NCBI GenBank assembly: GCA_030248215.1
Contig: JASANG010003711.1
Location: 620,001-684,000 of the forward strand
Reading direction: 5' to 3'
Source of the DNA: Enoplolaimus lenunculus
Lineage: Eukaryota
DNA: 64,000 nucleotides
Below, one piece after another: positions 50,156 to 64,000 of the stretch. A program made the translations under genes and the position numbers. The notes below the pieces were generated by a model. It saw only the letters and a program-made list of their open reading frames with translations, was not told where the DNA came from and ran no database searches. Every line of letters starts with the position of its first letter. Within the stretch, counting starts at the first letter, position 1.

Positions 50156-53100
50156 TTAAACATCACTCTCGTCCATACTACTGCTTGAAGTGCTCGATAA
50201 TGACTCGGCAGTGCCCTGTAACAACAACTGTGGCGTCGCAAACTCATCAATTCCACCAGAACTGCTACAGCTACATGACCCTGGACTTCTTCCACACAGC
50301 GTTGTTAAATTTGACTGCTTTCCGCGTATCCCATCGCCACTGCCGTACGTATCGGGCGACAAATTCTTAAACTGATGACTCGCACCTGGATCATTCCCAC
50401 TGACAGCTGCCGTGGCTCCCCGTATTCCCTCTCCCGTCTTACAAATCAAACTTCGATTGTGAATGTCTGGTTTAGCAAATGGAGTCACCGTGACACTTAA
50501 CCCAGCACTTCCAGCGACACGATCCAATTCTTCATTTCCGCCAGAATTAACACTTAAATAGTGGCCACAGCCTGGTAAAGATGTAGTCGTGGTTCGACAA
50601 TTATTTGACTGCCGACTGATTGCCCTTGTACCTTCACCTGTTCCGCCACTAGCAGTAGTTGGCCAATGAAGTAGTCTGCTTGCACCTCCAGCATCAGCGC
50701 TGTGAAATCCGCATGGACTTGGACTTCTCCTTGAAACGCCACCAGCACCACTACCGGCACAACGCGCAGCAACTGTCCCAGCAGGTTCCCCGGGATTACA
50801 ATGGCGCTGTCGAGACGGACTCAACGAACAAACCATTTCTGCCTCTATGGTTCGATGTTCACAGCATTGGCGATAGCCTGTTTGGGAACTTACACCAGAT
50901 GGGGATTGTAGCGCAGCGGTGGCGCGCCGTTTCGACAGTCCGCTATCACTAGCACTGTTCCCGGCAGAGCCACCCGGTTGATGAGACGGGCATTGGCGTC
51001 GATGACTATGATGTGCCGCTCGTCGCCGACGATGTTGCGGTAAATGCGGCGAAGAGCGATGCTGCTTCGCGACACTTACAACAGACGGACTGACCCTTTG
51101 GCTGTTAGATAACGCAGCCAAATTAGAGCTCACTTCAGTTTGAACCATTGATGCAACACTGCAACCTTGGTGTTCTTTCTCGGGCGGAGCAGTACCCTTT
51201 GCGTCGATACTAATTTTGTGGCTAACAATCGGACTTCGTGCTGCGTGCTGTGAGACTTCACCGTGAGAAAATACAGTTACACTACTCACAGGACCACAGT
51301 TCTGTGAATGCGATACAGCCGATCCTGGTCCAACACCTGGTGACGCTAGATTTGTACTGAAATGGCCGACTCTCCCTTGCTGTAGATGAACGTTGGAGTT
51401 GCTATCGCCATTACCACTATTCCGAACGCCATGATGTAAATCGTAGTCGCCATGATGATGTGTGTAGGTAGCTGGGTCACGAAAAGGATGACCTCCATTG
51501 CGACGTTGACCGCCAAGAGATGTAACATTTGATGTATCAGTTAAAGCAACCGAGGTAGAAACCTAAAACCATGTATAAACTCTATGAAAACAGTGCCATA
51601 TAAACCCCGGCGCGAACATTTTGCAATGGATGCGGTGTGTGCGGCTTGAACACAAAGACTTGATATTTATACAGCGACGAATAATACGTGAGCAAATTGC
51701 TAAATTGTTGTTTTGCAACCACTTATGTGAAAAGTGTATGTTATGAAGATAACTGATGTCAATCTCAAGGCGTAGCAACCGGCTGAAAAAAACGGTATCC
51801 GCTATTTCCGTTCACACACAGGTATAGATTTTCTGATTATACTTTTGTGTGCACAATTCAAAATTTGACAACACAAAAGACAATTTGTCAATGTTAAATA
51901 ACTATATTAAACTTTACGGTCTTTCGATGAATTGACATACATGTTTTATATAACATTATTAGTAAATGCTGTAAAAAACCGCTGTTTTTCTATTTACCCC
52001 ATTACCACCGCTGTTGTTGCGCATGTGTGATATACTCGATTCCGCGAGCGAACTGATTCGAAATGCTTCTTGAATACGTCCAACCATATCGGTTGCAGCA
52101 GGACTTGAAAAGCTTGAACTGAAACCGAAATTTCATAAACAAATGACACCGACGGTAACAACCACCACTTTAAGGTTTCACAGAAATTCAAGTGGTAATC
52201 GGTATTCCTGGATTAAAATCCAATCCTTGCTCCTGTTTTGGCCTTTAAAAACACAGAAACAGGAATTTGTTACAGTAAAGAAAAATTAACGTCCGACAAA
52301 TAACGGTAAGGCAGGCTATTTTCATAACTTGTGTCTGGTCTCCAAATTCCTCATATTTTGAAATATCTAAGTATTTTTTGTAAATATTGGCAAATTAGGT
52401 AATAAAAACAAAAAACAAGAGATTAACATATTATTTTTCATTTATGCGTTACGGTATTTCAGCAGTAATTCGGTAATGAATCATGTTTACAATTCTTTCT
52501 TGTCCGGGTCCTGTTCCTGAATGGCAAAAAACTGAACTCCTGTGCATGTTCGTGCTTCCTGCGAAATGTAGTTCTTGTTGCAACCCTGCAAATGATCGAC
52601 TATTTTGTATTTTTGCTTGTATATATATATAATATAGTGACAGCTAACAATATTAGCCATATACTCAGCTGTGTATACCGCCTATTGTCAGTTATTAATC
52701 AGTTTTCAAACAAGCTAACTCCATCAGCTGCACTAATCTCCTCGCAATTTTAAGGCCACCATTCGCTTTTCAGAAATTAAGCGTTATAAAACCGACTGGC
52801 GGTAGACCCTACACACATTTGAGAATATCGGCATAGCTATCAAACCAAACCTGTTAGTCACAGCACATAAGTTGTTCACATGATGTGACCTTGGAATCGC
52901 ACAACCACTCGAGCTTGCCGAATTGATATTGCCCGCGTGGCGACGCACAGCTCCGCCGTACTTTAATTGCACTGCATCATTGTTAGCTCGGGTATGTTTA
53001 ATATTTGGTTTACCACTGGATTCTTGATGTTTTTGACTCGGCTTATTTTGCACCCGTTGTTCGTCTTGTGAGGAGGATATATTTCCCTGACGGTCGTGTT

Positions 53101-56100
53101 GCGACGCTGTCAAACCCGAATTATTGCCAGTCTGTCCTTGACTGTTGCCAACTGGTTTTGATTCCGACAGCTGATTTTTCTTCGAACCTATTTTCCCTGT
53201 CTGTGTCATAGTGTTATTGCTGTCTACAGCTACTACAGAATGCGATCGTCCATCCGGTCGATCTGCGTCTACTGGACTGCGTTGCGAGTCTCCGGTCACA
53301 CCGATTTGATTTCGGTGTTGGTGCTGTTGCGATGAGTCACCGGACAACGCCAAACAAGAATAAATAGCTTGACGATTAGCTGCGGTTGCGTGCAAAAGAT
53401 CTGAAATGCGGTTATTTTATCAAACACAATTTCATAAACACGTTGAGTCATTATATTTAATCTCTAACTGCACTGACTGAAAAAACTAAGTCAGTTTAGT
53501 ATACATTACACATTTTTAAAAAAGGTACAACAACACCTAAGCAAAAATTTCTATATTGCATTTGCGATAACTACAGCTTGAAACCAGCTGCGTAGTAACA
53601 AAAACCGATAAAAATACCATCACGCCCCACAAAATAACGAAAGTACCTGATAAAAGTAGCAATTATACACAATGACGCTTAAAAAGCGGTAAACCTAAAA
53701 CCACCAGGTCCGGTTTATCATGAAACCGAAACAGAAACCTACTGAACCAGAACAGAACTCAGAACTTGCGGTCGAAGCCTGCTTATTAAATAGCAAGTTG
53801 AATACCAATCAATCGACACTCATCAACATCATTATCAACCGACATTGTCTGTTCGTCAACATCGTTCTCTGAAGTCTTTGCAGTCACAACAGCTGTTGCT
53901 GCGTCTGCCGAGCACTGTTCATCAGAAGCACTTCCTCTTCGGACAACATTCGGCGATGACATATTTGTTGGTGTTGTTCCGGTTACCTTTGAAAGTGATG
54001 TTGATCCGCCACGAGCACCATCTACATTTAAACGATCCATGACGGCTGGTATTCGGCTGGTCGGGGAGTCCATCACATTTCCATTAGCTCCAGAACCATT
54101 GTACCCATCTTCATCAAGAGAAGTACCTAATAAAGCAGTTTCCCGCTGATTACCTAAAACAGCATTAAATATAAAGCAAACCGAAACGCAATGCGTGCAT
54201 ATGTACTTTAAGTCAAACATGATATTGTTATCAAATCAACCATAAATCATAGTATTCAAATCAACAGAATCGAACCACAACACATAATTTAAACCCAATC
54301 TGTTGTAATCACTGAAAAACGCGTTATTCCATATGTAGTTAGCTGAAACTACAAAGCTAACAATTTGGTATTTTGCTTTCAACCTTTGATGTACACTAAC
54401 TCAGAACACTTGCAAAAAATACGCCTATCTGCAAAGAAAATTTTTTTGGGGTAATAGCTACCAAACAAGATAGGACTTCACAGTTATCTTGTTACCTATC
54501 AATAGCTCAAAATGGTAATTAATTTTATGCAAATCAAAACCATTGCTAACCTAAACTATCCAAAAATTTGTCCACTGTAGCCGAACTTGGGATTAAATTG
54601 GGCAGAGATGACCGTCTTCGAATACTGCCAGCTGTGTCTGTTCCGTAACTCAATTCTGTTGCATTCGTTGCGCTGACACTACAGCATTCACCAGTGCTTT
54701 TTACCATTTTGATATCAGGCGACAGCTGAGCTCCTCTGAAATTTCGATCAGCCAAACCAGAAATCTGCGGACATGCGGCTGTGTTATTCGGTTGGGCCAG
54801 ATGAAACCTGCAATTGCCGTCTCCGGTCGCTGGTAGTGCTACCTCTAGCCCAAAATTCATGGTACGCAACTGCTGCTCTGTTGGCACATTCGACGACGAC
54901 CATCGTAACGGTTCACATGGAGCAGAAGACTTAAGCGTGTTTGGTTTTTGGCCAAGACTTGATGCCAACAAATCACCGCCACCACCGAGGTTTACTCTAA
55001 ATGTAGGCAAACCGTCAGAGCTAGCAACTGACAAATTTGTTGCCGGGTCATTTGAGTTATGTGGCGATGATCCCAGGTTACCGGACGGTATCTTTTCGTC
55101 GCCCAAGGAATGACCTCTGTGAATAGATCGAAGCATAGGTCGTTTAAACGCCATATCTGATTCTGTTTGTGCTGTAGCCCATCCCGACGTTTCATTTGCG
55201 AGTGTCGTAACTGGTTTATCCGATGCCACACTCACAGTAGGTGATATATCACGACACGCACCTGACCCACCAAAGCGGCTGACTGCACCATTTGATCCAG
55301 TTGGCGCTGATTGCAAACTGGCTGCCCTTGCAGATGCAGATATTGCAGCCACACTTGCAGCAGCAACATTTGTAACCGCAAGTCCTGCCCGCAACAGCCC
55401 GCTATTAAGCAATGGTGCCGCTGCTGCAGATACTATTGGAGATTTGGCTGGTGACAAAGAATGATAGTGGCTTGCATGCGGCTGCTGGCGGTGCTGATTG
55501 CAAATTCCGCGGCTAAAATAAGCAACAAGTTGAATCTGATTTTACAGGCCCAAGTTTAAAAAATACTAAATTTCCGATAAAATGTTCTCTAAAATAAATT
55601 TTACAACAACAATGCATCATTAACGCAGCGAAAAATAATACAAAACAAAAATAATACAAAACAGCTTCACCGAGATTTGTGTATGAAAATACAACGAAGC
55701 TTCGACAATTTTTCACAGCATTAAACACTAGGAATGCCAAGAACCACATAGAACTGAAGCCAAAAGCTTAACAGTGCTAAAACTTAAGTAAAACGCACTT
55801 AATATGGCACGACTTTTGTAATCCAGGTGCATTGGCTGCGTTGCTTGTTCCATTTCTTGCTGCATTATCATCCGTTTTTGAACCAGTTGACACAATTACA
55901 GACGCCGGTAGTTTTTCAGTATTTGTGGCTGTACAGGCAGCCCCTCTTGGAGCTACAATACTAGTCGTGGTTGAATTTAGCGTTAAATTTGGCGCACTTT
56001 CAAGTGAACACGAAATGTTGTGTGCTGATTCCAAATTGTTAATGTACCACTGCAAATCGCGGCATTTTTGAAAATAAGTTGGTGCGCGGATTTGAAATTG

Positions 56101-59100
56101 TAAAACAAGTGTATCTGTAAAAAAATCGAAAACATAATCAAAAACTTAACTTAGACATTAGTAGACACGATTTTGACTGATAAAAAATTTGCGTCAAAAA
56201 CCAAGGTCAGTGAGCCTGCAGTTGCACTGCACTACAACTCTTCAAACACGAGTTTCGAATCGTCCACCACAGAACCTTAGGCTTATTGATGAGCGGTAAA
56301 GCAATAATTCCCGTCAAGTAAAAATCTATCTATTGCTATTTAAAGCGAAACATATAAAACCAACCTACCTGCTTCAAGATTAAGAAACCCTTCTGTTGCC
56401 AAAAATTCTAGTTTGAAAAATCTATTGTAGCCCCAGCACTCGCCAACTTCAAATTCGCTGCCGAATTCACGAACGACGTGCCGTGACGGATCCATTGATG
56501 CCTGGTGAAGCATTTCTACTCTGTATTCATACTTGGCTTTGGTTGGACTACCTAAACCAAAAAACACTAAAAGACTATACGCACATTAAAACCCAAACAA
56601 ACATCAAAGAGAATACGCATGTATTTGTACTTTACAACAATAAATAAGCTTGTGACTTACCCTATGAAAAATTTCAATTATACGTACCTGCGGACAACTC
56701 TAAAAAGACAGATAGGTAGTTTCCGCGAACCACACCGTTTCCATCTGGATACACTTTAAGACGCCAACTCAAACCGTTTGCTTGCAGCGCTGGACTATAA
56801 ACAGGATCTGCACGAGCTCGTAATTGGCTGAAACATAAAGCCCAATTTCAATAATTCCCAATGCTAACATCATTTAGAAGTTTTTGGTGAACACTTCAGT
56901 AAAATTTTGTTACAAAAAATTTTTTTTTGCTGAAATTGCACTTACTTTGGCCAAACAAATGTAATGAACATTATAGTTAAAAACTAGCATACTATATCCA
57001 AAACGTATGTATGTTAAAAAGTTTTCGATAATTGAATTTAGTAACTAGCTTATTAGAAGCGGAACATACCTAAAACGTTCGAGCACAAACATTTGACTAT
57101 CATATGGAGGTACAATTTCAGAAATGAAGTCAGCTGAAACATGTTCAACTGGACTTGGAGATTTTGATGTTATTTGTTTGAACATTTGAAACATTGTGTC
57201 TGCTTTTTGAAGAAATTCCGCTTTTGAAGACGATCTGATTTGTTCTTCGACCTGCCATAAACAGAAACTGAATATAGATTTGTTATACCTCTGGCAACAA
57301 CTGATTAATAAAAACATAAGTGCATACGTGGCTTTAATTCAAGCATTCAAGCATTGCTTGTTTTGTGCTTTCAATTTCACGATACAAACCATCGTTATAT
57401 AGACAGTCAGTTTTATTCCAAAATGTTTGTCCTTAAACTAACTAAATTTATAGCTCCACGCAAAAATTAGGTTAATTTAATTTTCTTATCAGATTATCAC
57501 CATTTGGGATTCATACGGAAACACCAACATTTACCTCCTGAAGTAAACTCTCTAGTACTTCAGTTTCGCGTGTAAGTTCTGTTTTTTGGGTCATCAATGA
57601 GACCAACTTCGACTTCAGCGACGATTCCAATCGCGCAATCATTAGCTCGACCGAAAGCCGTATCTGTATAGTAAAAGCCAAACACAACGTTAGATATAAC
57701 CTTTACTAAATGATGAACGATATACTCCCAACCAAAAAATATAGCTGAACAGATCAACATTAAGCATCGCGAAAATGAAAACCCTACACGCAATATGTTA
57801 CTTAAATTACGTGTATACGACCAGAAAGGGTTAGCTTTAAGCAAGCATTATGTAATTTGTTTGAAATTACTTCTCGCACACGATCATCTTTCGCTGCGCG
57901 AACTAAATCCGCGTTTTGCTCTACGTCTTGAACCAGCCGCACCAGCTCAACTAGACGCCTCCGCACTTTCTTGATCTAAACGAAAAATGCACAAACGAAG
58001 GTCATTACTAACGGAAAAGATAAACTGAGGCCCTGTCGTGGAAAACTTATAAATTCGGTTAATTACACTGCTATTAACTACGTAGCTCATCTTCGAGACA
58101 GAAAACAAAGCACAAAAACAGGGAAATGATCTAAGAGATGGCGAGGGGCTGAATTGATCACAAAGAATAAACAGGGGTTGTAATGACCGAGGTGTTTTTG
58201 TCTATGGAATTAGCCAACACAAGCCTAGCCACTGACCAGGGTGCAACCGGAATTACAATTTACCAGAACCGGAATTTGAAAAATTTACCGGAAAGGGAAC
58301 CGGAAAATGAAAAATTACCACCGAAAAATTCATTTTAATTTTCATTTTCGCAATATAATTGATGAAATAACTAGAGTTGCAACATTAAAAATAAATACCC
58401 GGACCCGGATTTTTCTGAAAGAAAAGCCCGGACCCGGAATTTTTAACAATGCAAACCGGGACCCGGAATTTTTAAGATTGCAAACCCGGACCCGGATTTA
58501 TTTTCCGAACAAACCCGGGCCCGGAATTTTTATTACTTAAAAACTAAACATGATCCTAATTTTTTAAAGATAGGAAAAAATTTCTGTCTCCGTCTATTTC
58601 TAACAGCTCAGTATTTCAAATACTAATGGGCAGTATGCAATGCGAAGTGACTGATGTCATTCACAAAAATTTGTTTAAGTAAATCATAAAATGCACTCGC
58701 TATCCTTGCTAAGGATGTGCCGATACCAAAGTTTTTTCCAGGTGCCGATATCGATTATTTTGAAGATATAGCGATGCCGATACCTATTCCAAGTTTAATA
58801 CACAATGTTTAAAGAACAGATAGGATACATTACAACTGCAAGGACTCAAATCCTAACAACTATAAAAGACCATAATTTTATGAATGGTGCTTTTAATTAA
58901 TTTTTTCTTTGTTTTTCAAGGACAACCGCAAGAGAAGTAACAGTTTCCCTGAACTTATGTTTAACCTAAGTTTCCAGCTACTACGCAGCACAACAAGCTG
59001 ATCATATTCCATTCAGATGTTTAAACATTAAATAGCTTCAGCCCAAACAATGGGTCATCCACGTTATAATGCTCGCGTAGCTCGTTTGTACAGGGGCAAC

Positions 59101-62100
59101 CATACATCACATGGATATATAAACAATTTCTTCGCATCTGTTCGTCGCATTGCTTCCAAATGAATTTCTGTTTATACATAGTTGAAGGACTGTTTGATTT
59201 GCTACGAGATTACATTAAACAATTTTGGGTGAGTGATAGAAACCTGACCTAAGTCAGTTGACTTATGTGTTTCGCGAACCTATAGCTACAGCCTAATATA
59301 GCATTTTTCACAGGTTCCTTCCTGAACGTTGAAGCAATCGTTAACCAAGCAATCTTTGACTTAGGCGATAGATACTAAACTTAAGTTAAATGTCAAATTA
59401 CTAATTTAAAATGAGACATGACATGTCTCCGTATCCCGACCATTCCAACCGTTCCTAATTGAACATTCGTAATTGTAACCCAAGTATATCTGCTTACGTT
59501 AACATACTCAACAAAGGTGAAGCCTGTTGACCAACTTTTTCCTTTTGCAGCATGCTTTTACATACGGCGTGGGATGTTAATATAATCACTAAGCTAATGT
59601 TGTTCCGGTTATTTTGTCCGGGAATTTTTGCATACCCGGACCCGGAATAATTTGTTATGAAAACCCGGACCCGGAATTTATTGAAATGAAAACCCGGACC
59701 CGGATCCGGACCCGGAATTTTTCGGCAAAAATACCCGGAATAACCGGAATACCCGGACCCGGATGCAACTCTAAAAATAACCATAGTTAGAGATAGTTAT
59801 TCACTTTATCTGCTGTAGGTATTTTAGATTTTTATAATCCACAGAAGCGGTTGCAAATTTCAGATATATCTATAATTTGTTTCAGAATATCAACGCAATG
59901 CCAGTCGTAAAACTTTTAATACGTTAATATATTTCGTCCGGACGTCAGTTCTGAGATTTCTCAGCTGAAATAAAAAATATTGATTTTTTATAGTAAGGAT
60001 TTAAAACTTTTGTTGCTATAAAACTGAAAAAACATATTGCCGAACTTTGTTGGATTCGGCTTTTGGATTCGGCTTTTCCACAACCGAATCCGAATCCGAG
60101 TCCGAACCTCAAATTTTTGCCGAATCCGAATCCGAATCCGAACCTCAAATTTTTGCCGAATCCGAATCCGAGTCCGAACCTCAAATTTTTGCCGAATCCG
60201 AATCCGAACCTTTGTTGCCACCCTGTACTGAGACGTTTCCCTGTAAATTTGTGGTGGACGCCCCGGCTTCAATTGAAGGCCATGCTTTTTCAAACAGTTA
60301 TCCCCTCTGTTAAAAATAGTTTTACAGTTCTCGGTACAACACAATGCATTGCCGGTGTTGCAGTTATATACTGCGCAAGAATCAAATTCATTTTGGTACG
60401 ATGTGGTTTCTTACCTCTTCCTTAAAGGAATTCAATCGCTGGTCATACACTTCTTCCAGAGGTTTTAAAGTATGTCCCGAATGATCGCCACCCCAAAGCG
60501 CGCAATGGTGGCAGATACATGCTTGACACGGCCAACAAAACACACTGAGTTTTTCACCATGTACTGAACATTTGTCGGCGACAGATCTGTGTATAATGAA
60601 AATACGATCAGTTACATCAAGAGTAGACGATCACTCTTTATAACAAGAGTGTGCAACTGGGTACATTATGTGTATTAAAGAATGTACCCGGCACCCGTTG
60701 CGTTGTGTGTTTGGCCTACCCCCCTTGTTTAGCGGGTCTGTATGCAGTTTTATATCGTAGTAAAATTATTGTGTTAATATAGTCATACATGCAGCGAACC
60801 TGGATACTACTAGCAAATTGTAACCCCCTTTGTTTAAAGGGGGAAGTAGCTGTGTTAAGACAATAGCATTGTAAACCAATAACTGATTATGAAAAAGAGT
60901 GCATAATTATGAATCATAACATTTGAATGTGCGAGTAAGGTTAAACAAAATCTATTATTCAATTTTCAAAATTTATTTACAGATTTCATAATGAAATAAA
61001 GTTCAAAATTAAATTTTAATTCAATCGAATATAAACTTCAATGTTACTAGGGAATAACGTCCTAAACAACATTTTTGCATGCAAGTATAGCAGTATAGTG
61101 AGAATGCAATCTTTACGTCTATATCCCCCTCCAGGTTATGTTACAGTTGCTAAACCCAGTAAAACAAATACTGTTTCTTGAGAAATTTTTTCGTCTCCCT
61201 TTCGTAAACGCTCCTCTCATTATCCCAATGATGCCAACAAACGCGCACTTATTTACGCATACAAACATCTTTAGTGTGATTAAACAACATAGTTGATCCC
61301 CCCTTAACTGAGGGTGGAGGTAGGTGTATTGAAGCATACTTTATTGTTAATCTCTTGCTTAACCCCCCCCCCCTGATTGAGGTGGGTCGAACAAAATGCA
61401 ACGCGTGCTGGTACATTTAGTACCAAGCAGAGCCCAAGAAGTTGCACACTCTTCTGCAAGGTGGACATCATCCACTAGTGTTATATACAATATATGCATG
61501 TATATATGTAATATAAATATATATATTCTATTTCAATATATATGCAACTGCTTACGTAAAAATACCGGAACAATAGGCCGGACAACCTGTTTGTAATCAA
61601 AAATTATTATATACGTACCGAAATTTACGTTCTACCCAGTTTCATAAGATGCCAATCCTTAATACATTTCTAGAAAGCCTCAATAAAATATAGTGGCGTC
61701 TCACCTCGGCACAGATACAGAAACCGCTTGTAAACTGTCAAGACCCTGTGTAACTTCTTCTGCCCAACGACACTTGATCAAATCACACAAACGAAGGCTG
61801 TAATAAAGCATTAACGAGATTTAAAAGCAAATACAAACAATTAATTTAACCATACAATATACATCACTATTTTTAAGCTAATATGTAGCATCTCGTGGCG
61901 AAAAACAAATAAAATAGTGTACTGCAAATAAACATACTGTGCACGGCAGTGAGGACAGTGTGGTCGTTGTTCGTTCAGCCAACGTCTGATACAATCATGA
62001 CAACATAACTTAGAACAATGCGGACATAATCTAGCATCACGCAACTTCTCCATACAAATGAAACATTTGAAAACTTCTGATATGCTTTCCAAACTTTTCT

Positions 62101-62107
62101 CATCCAT
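50156..62107 (-). CDS. TRIM37: E3 ubiquitin ligase TRIM37 orthologue (RING, B-box, coiled coil, MATH, long disordered tail), ~1625 aa
   Basis: 14 in-frame GT-AG exons: 62107-61938, 61797-61705, 60586-60415, 57975-57871, 57663-57535, 57251-57070, 56827-56688, 56551-56369, 56114-55799, 55512-54551, 54153-53806, 53400-52851, 52118-51998, 51562-50156 (4878 nt). Motifs: [36 protein letters not shown] (RING), [33 protein letters not shown] (B-box), [24 protein letters not shown] and [13 protein letters not shown] (MATH). The tail exons are less certain than the N-terminal ones. Confidence 0.95.
58372..59773. mobile_element. hAT-like non-autonomous transposon in a TRIM37 intron
   Basis: TIRs TAGAGTTGCA / TGCAACTCTA, flanking 8-mers GAAATAAC / AAAATAAC (7/8 TSD match), ACCCGG subterminal arrays at both ends. 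Confidence 0.8.
60050..60225. repeat. CCGAAT-rich tandem repeats ending in a hAT-like terminus
   Basis: (CCGAAT)n interleaved with CCTCAAATTTTTG units, then GTTGCCACCCTG. Confidence 0.7.
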
Positions 62108-62164
62108 ATTTGCTTGTTCTCATCCAACAAAAGCAATTAAAGAATATATATGTAATATCATAAT

Positions 62165-62602
62165 TAGAGTTGCAACATTTAAAAATAAATATGCGACCCG
62201 GATTTTTCAGGAAGAAAAACCCGGACCTGGAATTTTTAATGATGCAAAGCCGGACACGGACCCTGATTTATTTTCCTGGCACACCTGGACCCGGATTTAT
62301 TTTCCTGGCAAACCTGGACTCGGAATTTTAATAACTTAAAAACTGAACATAATCCTATTATAGCATCTCAGTGTGTAAAATATTAATGGGCAATATGCAA
62401 TGCGAAGCGACTAATGTCATTCACAAAAAATTTAGTTCAAGTAAATCATTAAGCAAAATGTCGAATTAATAACTTAAAATTGAGACATGGAATGTCGCTG
62501 CATCCCGACCATTCTAACCATTCTTAATTAAACATTCGTTATCGTAACGCATGTATATCTACGTAGGTTATTTATTACTCATAGGTAAAGCCTGTTAACA
62601 GA
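62165..62602. mobile_element. Truncated, internally deleted copy of the 58372-59773 hAT-like element, ~60 bp upstream of the TRIM37 ATG
   Basis: TAGAGTTGCAACATT start; colinear with 58372-58690 and then with 59390-59530. Confidence 0.75.
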
Positions 62603-63142
62603 CATGTTGGGAGCGTTTTATTTCTAATGTATTTGACGCAGTTGTTAGCGTTGGTTGTTGTTCGCTCCATTGTGTGAAAATTTTAAAACAGAAAAGTATT
62701 TTCTTGCTCTGTCAAATTCAACCAAAATTCTCGGTCTCGGTAGGTTGGTCTCGTTCTCGGTCTCGGTCTCAGCCTCGGTTTCGCTTTTGTGACCGAGACC
62801 GCCCATCCCTGCTCCTATTGCATACAACCTTACGGCTTTTGATAAATTATTTTGCACAAGACCAACTATGATCGGAATTCATACGACAGAATACACGAAA
62901 ACCAGGGTGCAACCATAACCCTCCGATTATCCAAAATTCTGCTTTTTGAAAGGAAACCCAAAACACTTTGACTTTATTGTATCAAAGCTCAAATAGTTGC
63001 ATTTTCACAATTGTAATTCCGGTTGCACCCTGCAGAATAGATAGCATACATATGAAAAATCAACACGTAATACACCCTGCAAAGTAGCTATGCAGTAAAA
63101 AGCGTAGTACACTAGTAAGCAACGTATATAATAGCTAACAGT

Positions 63143-63216
63143 GCCGCGATAGCTCAGTTGGCAAGAGCGTTGTCCTGGTTAGCCAAAGAGCGCCGGTTCT
63201 AATCCAGCCATGGTCA
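63143..63216 (+). pseudogene. tRNA-like sequence (pseudo-tRNA or tRNA-derived SINE head)
   Basis: A box TAGCTCAGTTGG, D-arm GCTC/GAGC and B box GGTTCTAATCC are present, but the acceptor, anticodon and T stems carry mismatches and the apparent GGT anticodon is atypical for eukaryotes. Confidence 0.6.
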
Positions 63217-64000
63217 ATTGTTTCAACTATTTCGCACTAACGTAACACTTACATAAAATGCCTATAAGGCCGCGCAACCTTACAGGATACAGCTACTGTC
63301 CCGTTTCCTTCTTGCGTACACCAGTACTGATCAAAATTAGTAACCTCAACGTCACTTTAAACATATAAAACCAAGTGTTACATAACATTCAACTGACGCT
63401 CTATGTGTTATAAAAAGCACCATAAACAGTTGCTGTGGTAGGGTGGAGCTGGCGTTAGCGTTCTCTCTGCGGCACGCGGAAATAAAACCTAAGCTTACGC
63501 TAGCGACTAGCTATGTCGTTTACGGTATTGCATTTTCACCGCAATTTCGTGCCTAACGGCTGTGAACTCTGTATATCCGGTGCTTTAATATTTCGTCTCA
63601 AAACTTTTTGGTTCGTTTAAGACACATTGTGTTAAACCAGAGTTCTGCCAATTCATCCAAATTCACTTATTTACCGACCAAACTCTACTATTTGCGCGCT
63701 TGTCACATTTTTTTAGTTTTCAAACCACTATTTCCGACTAATTTCCAAGCGCTCGCGACTTTGAGTTTTCCATTACTGCAAATTATTTACGAAATTTTCA
63801 TTTCATGTAACTTCCACAATTTCGTATTTTCTGTGATCTCAATATTGTACTTTTGTGTTTTCGGGACTCCCACTCCCATTTTTAACTAAACTTTGCGTGC
63901 TAATTCCATTTCGCACCCTTATTTCTGCTAATTGTCACCCTAATTTTGTCTATTTCTGATATTTAAGTCTTTCCGGTTTTGGGCCATAATTATCAGCATG

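Noticed and set aside
59945..60425. PNPNPN, ESESEP and RIRIR repeat ORFs
   Set aside because: Translations of CCGAAT subterminal repeats of a DNA-transposon end within a TRIM37 intron.
246..62107. Nematode-style operon of four co-oriented genes
   Set aside because: Intergenic distances are 6-10 kb and TE-filled, far longer than typical operon spacing; co-orientation of four genes can be chance.
63143..63216. Functional tRNA-Thr(GGT)
   Set aside because: The acceptor stem pairs poorly, the anticodon and T stems have mismatches, and the anticodon is atypical for eukaryotes; kept only as a pseudogene or SINE head.

Overview
AT-rich eukaryotic (animal) genomic DNA; the TTAGGC repeats and TTTCAG/TTTTAG acceptors suggest a nematode, which is inference. 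Four intron-rich protein-coding genes lie on the minus strand, and I reconstructed them exon by exon from GT-AG boundaries. They are: a secreted PAN/apple + thrombospondin-type-1 repeat protein (partial, runs off the left edge); an SLC7/LAT-type amino-acid transporter light chain (13 exons, ~514 aa); a SLAIN-motif microtubule plus-end protein (~717 aa, ending WNDGCY); and TRIM37 (RING, B-box, coiled coil, MATH, ~1625 aa with a very long tail ending ESDV). The most striking accessory element is a young 4.26-kb LTR retroelement at 18575-22833. It has ~99% identical 1-kb LTRs, a 5-bp TSD and a PBS, but encodes only an intact Gag (no protease/RT/IN), and the gag ORF is bracketed by a consensus splice donor and acceptor. 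Other notable items are an in-frame duplicated mini-exon in the SLC7 gene, a MITE family carrying TTAGGC telomere-like repeats, a GC-rich perfect 70-bp foldback, several hAT- and Tc1-like non-autonomous elements, two minisatellites and two tRNA-derived pol III relics. There is no CRISPR array or prokaryotic system.
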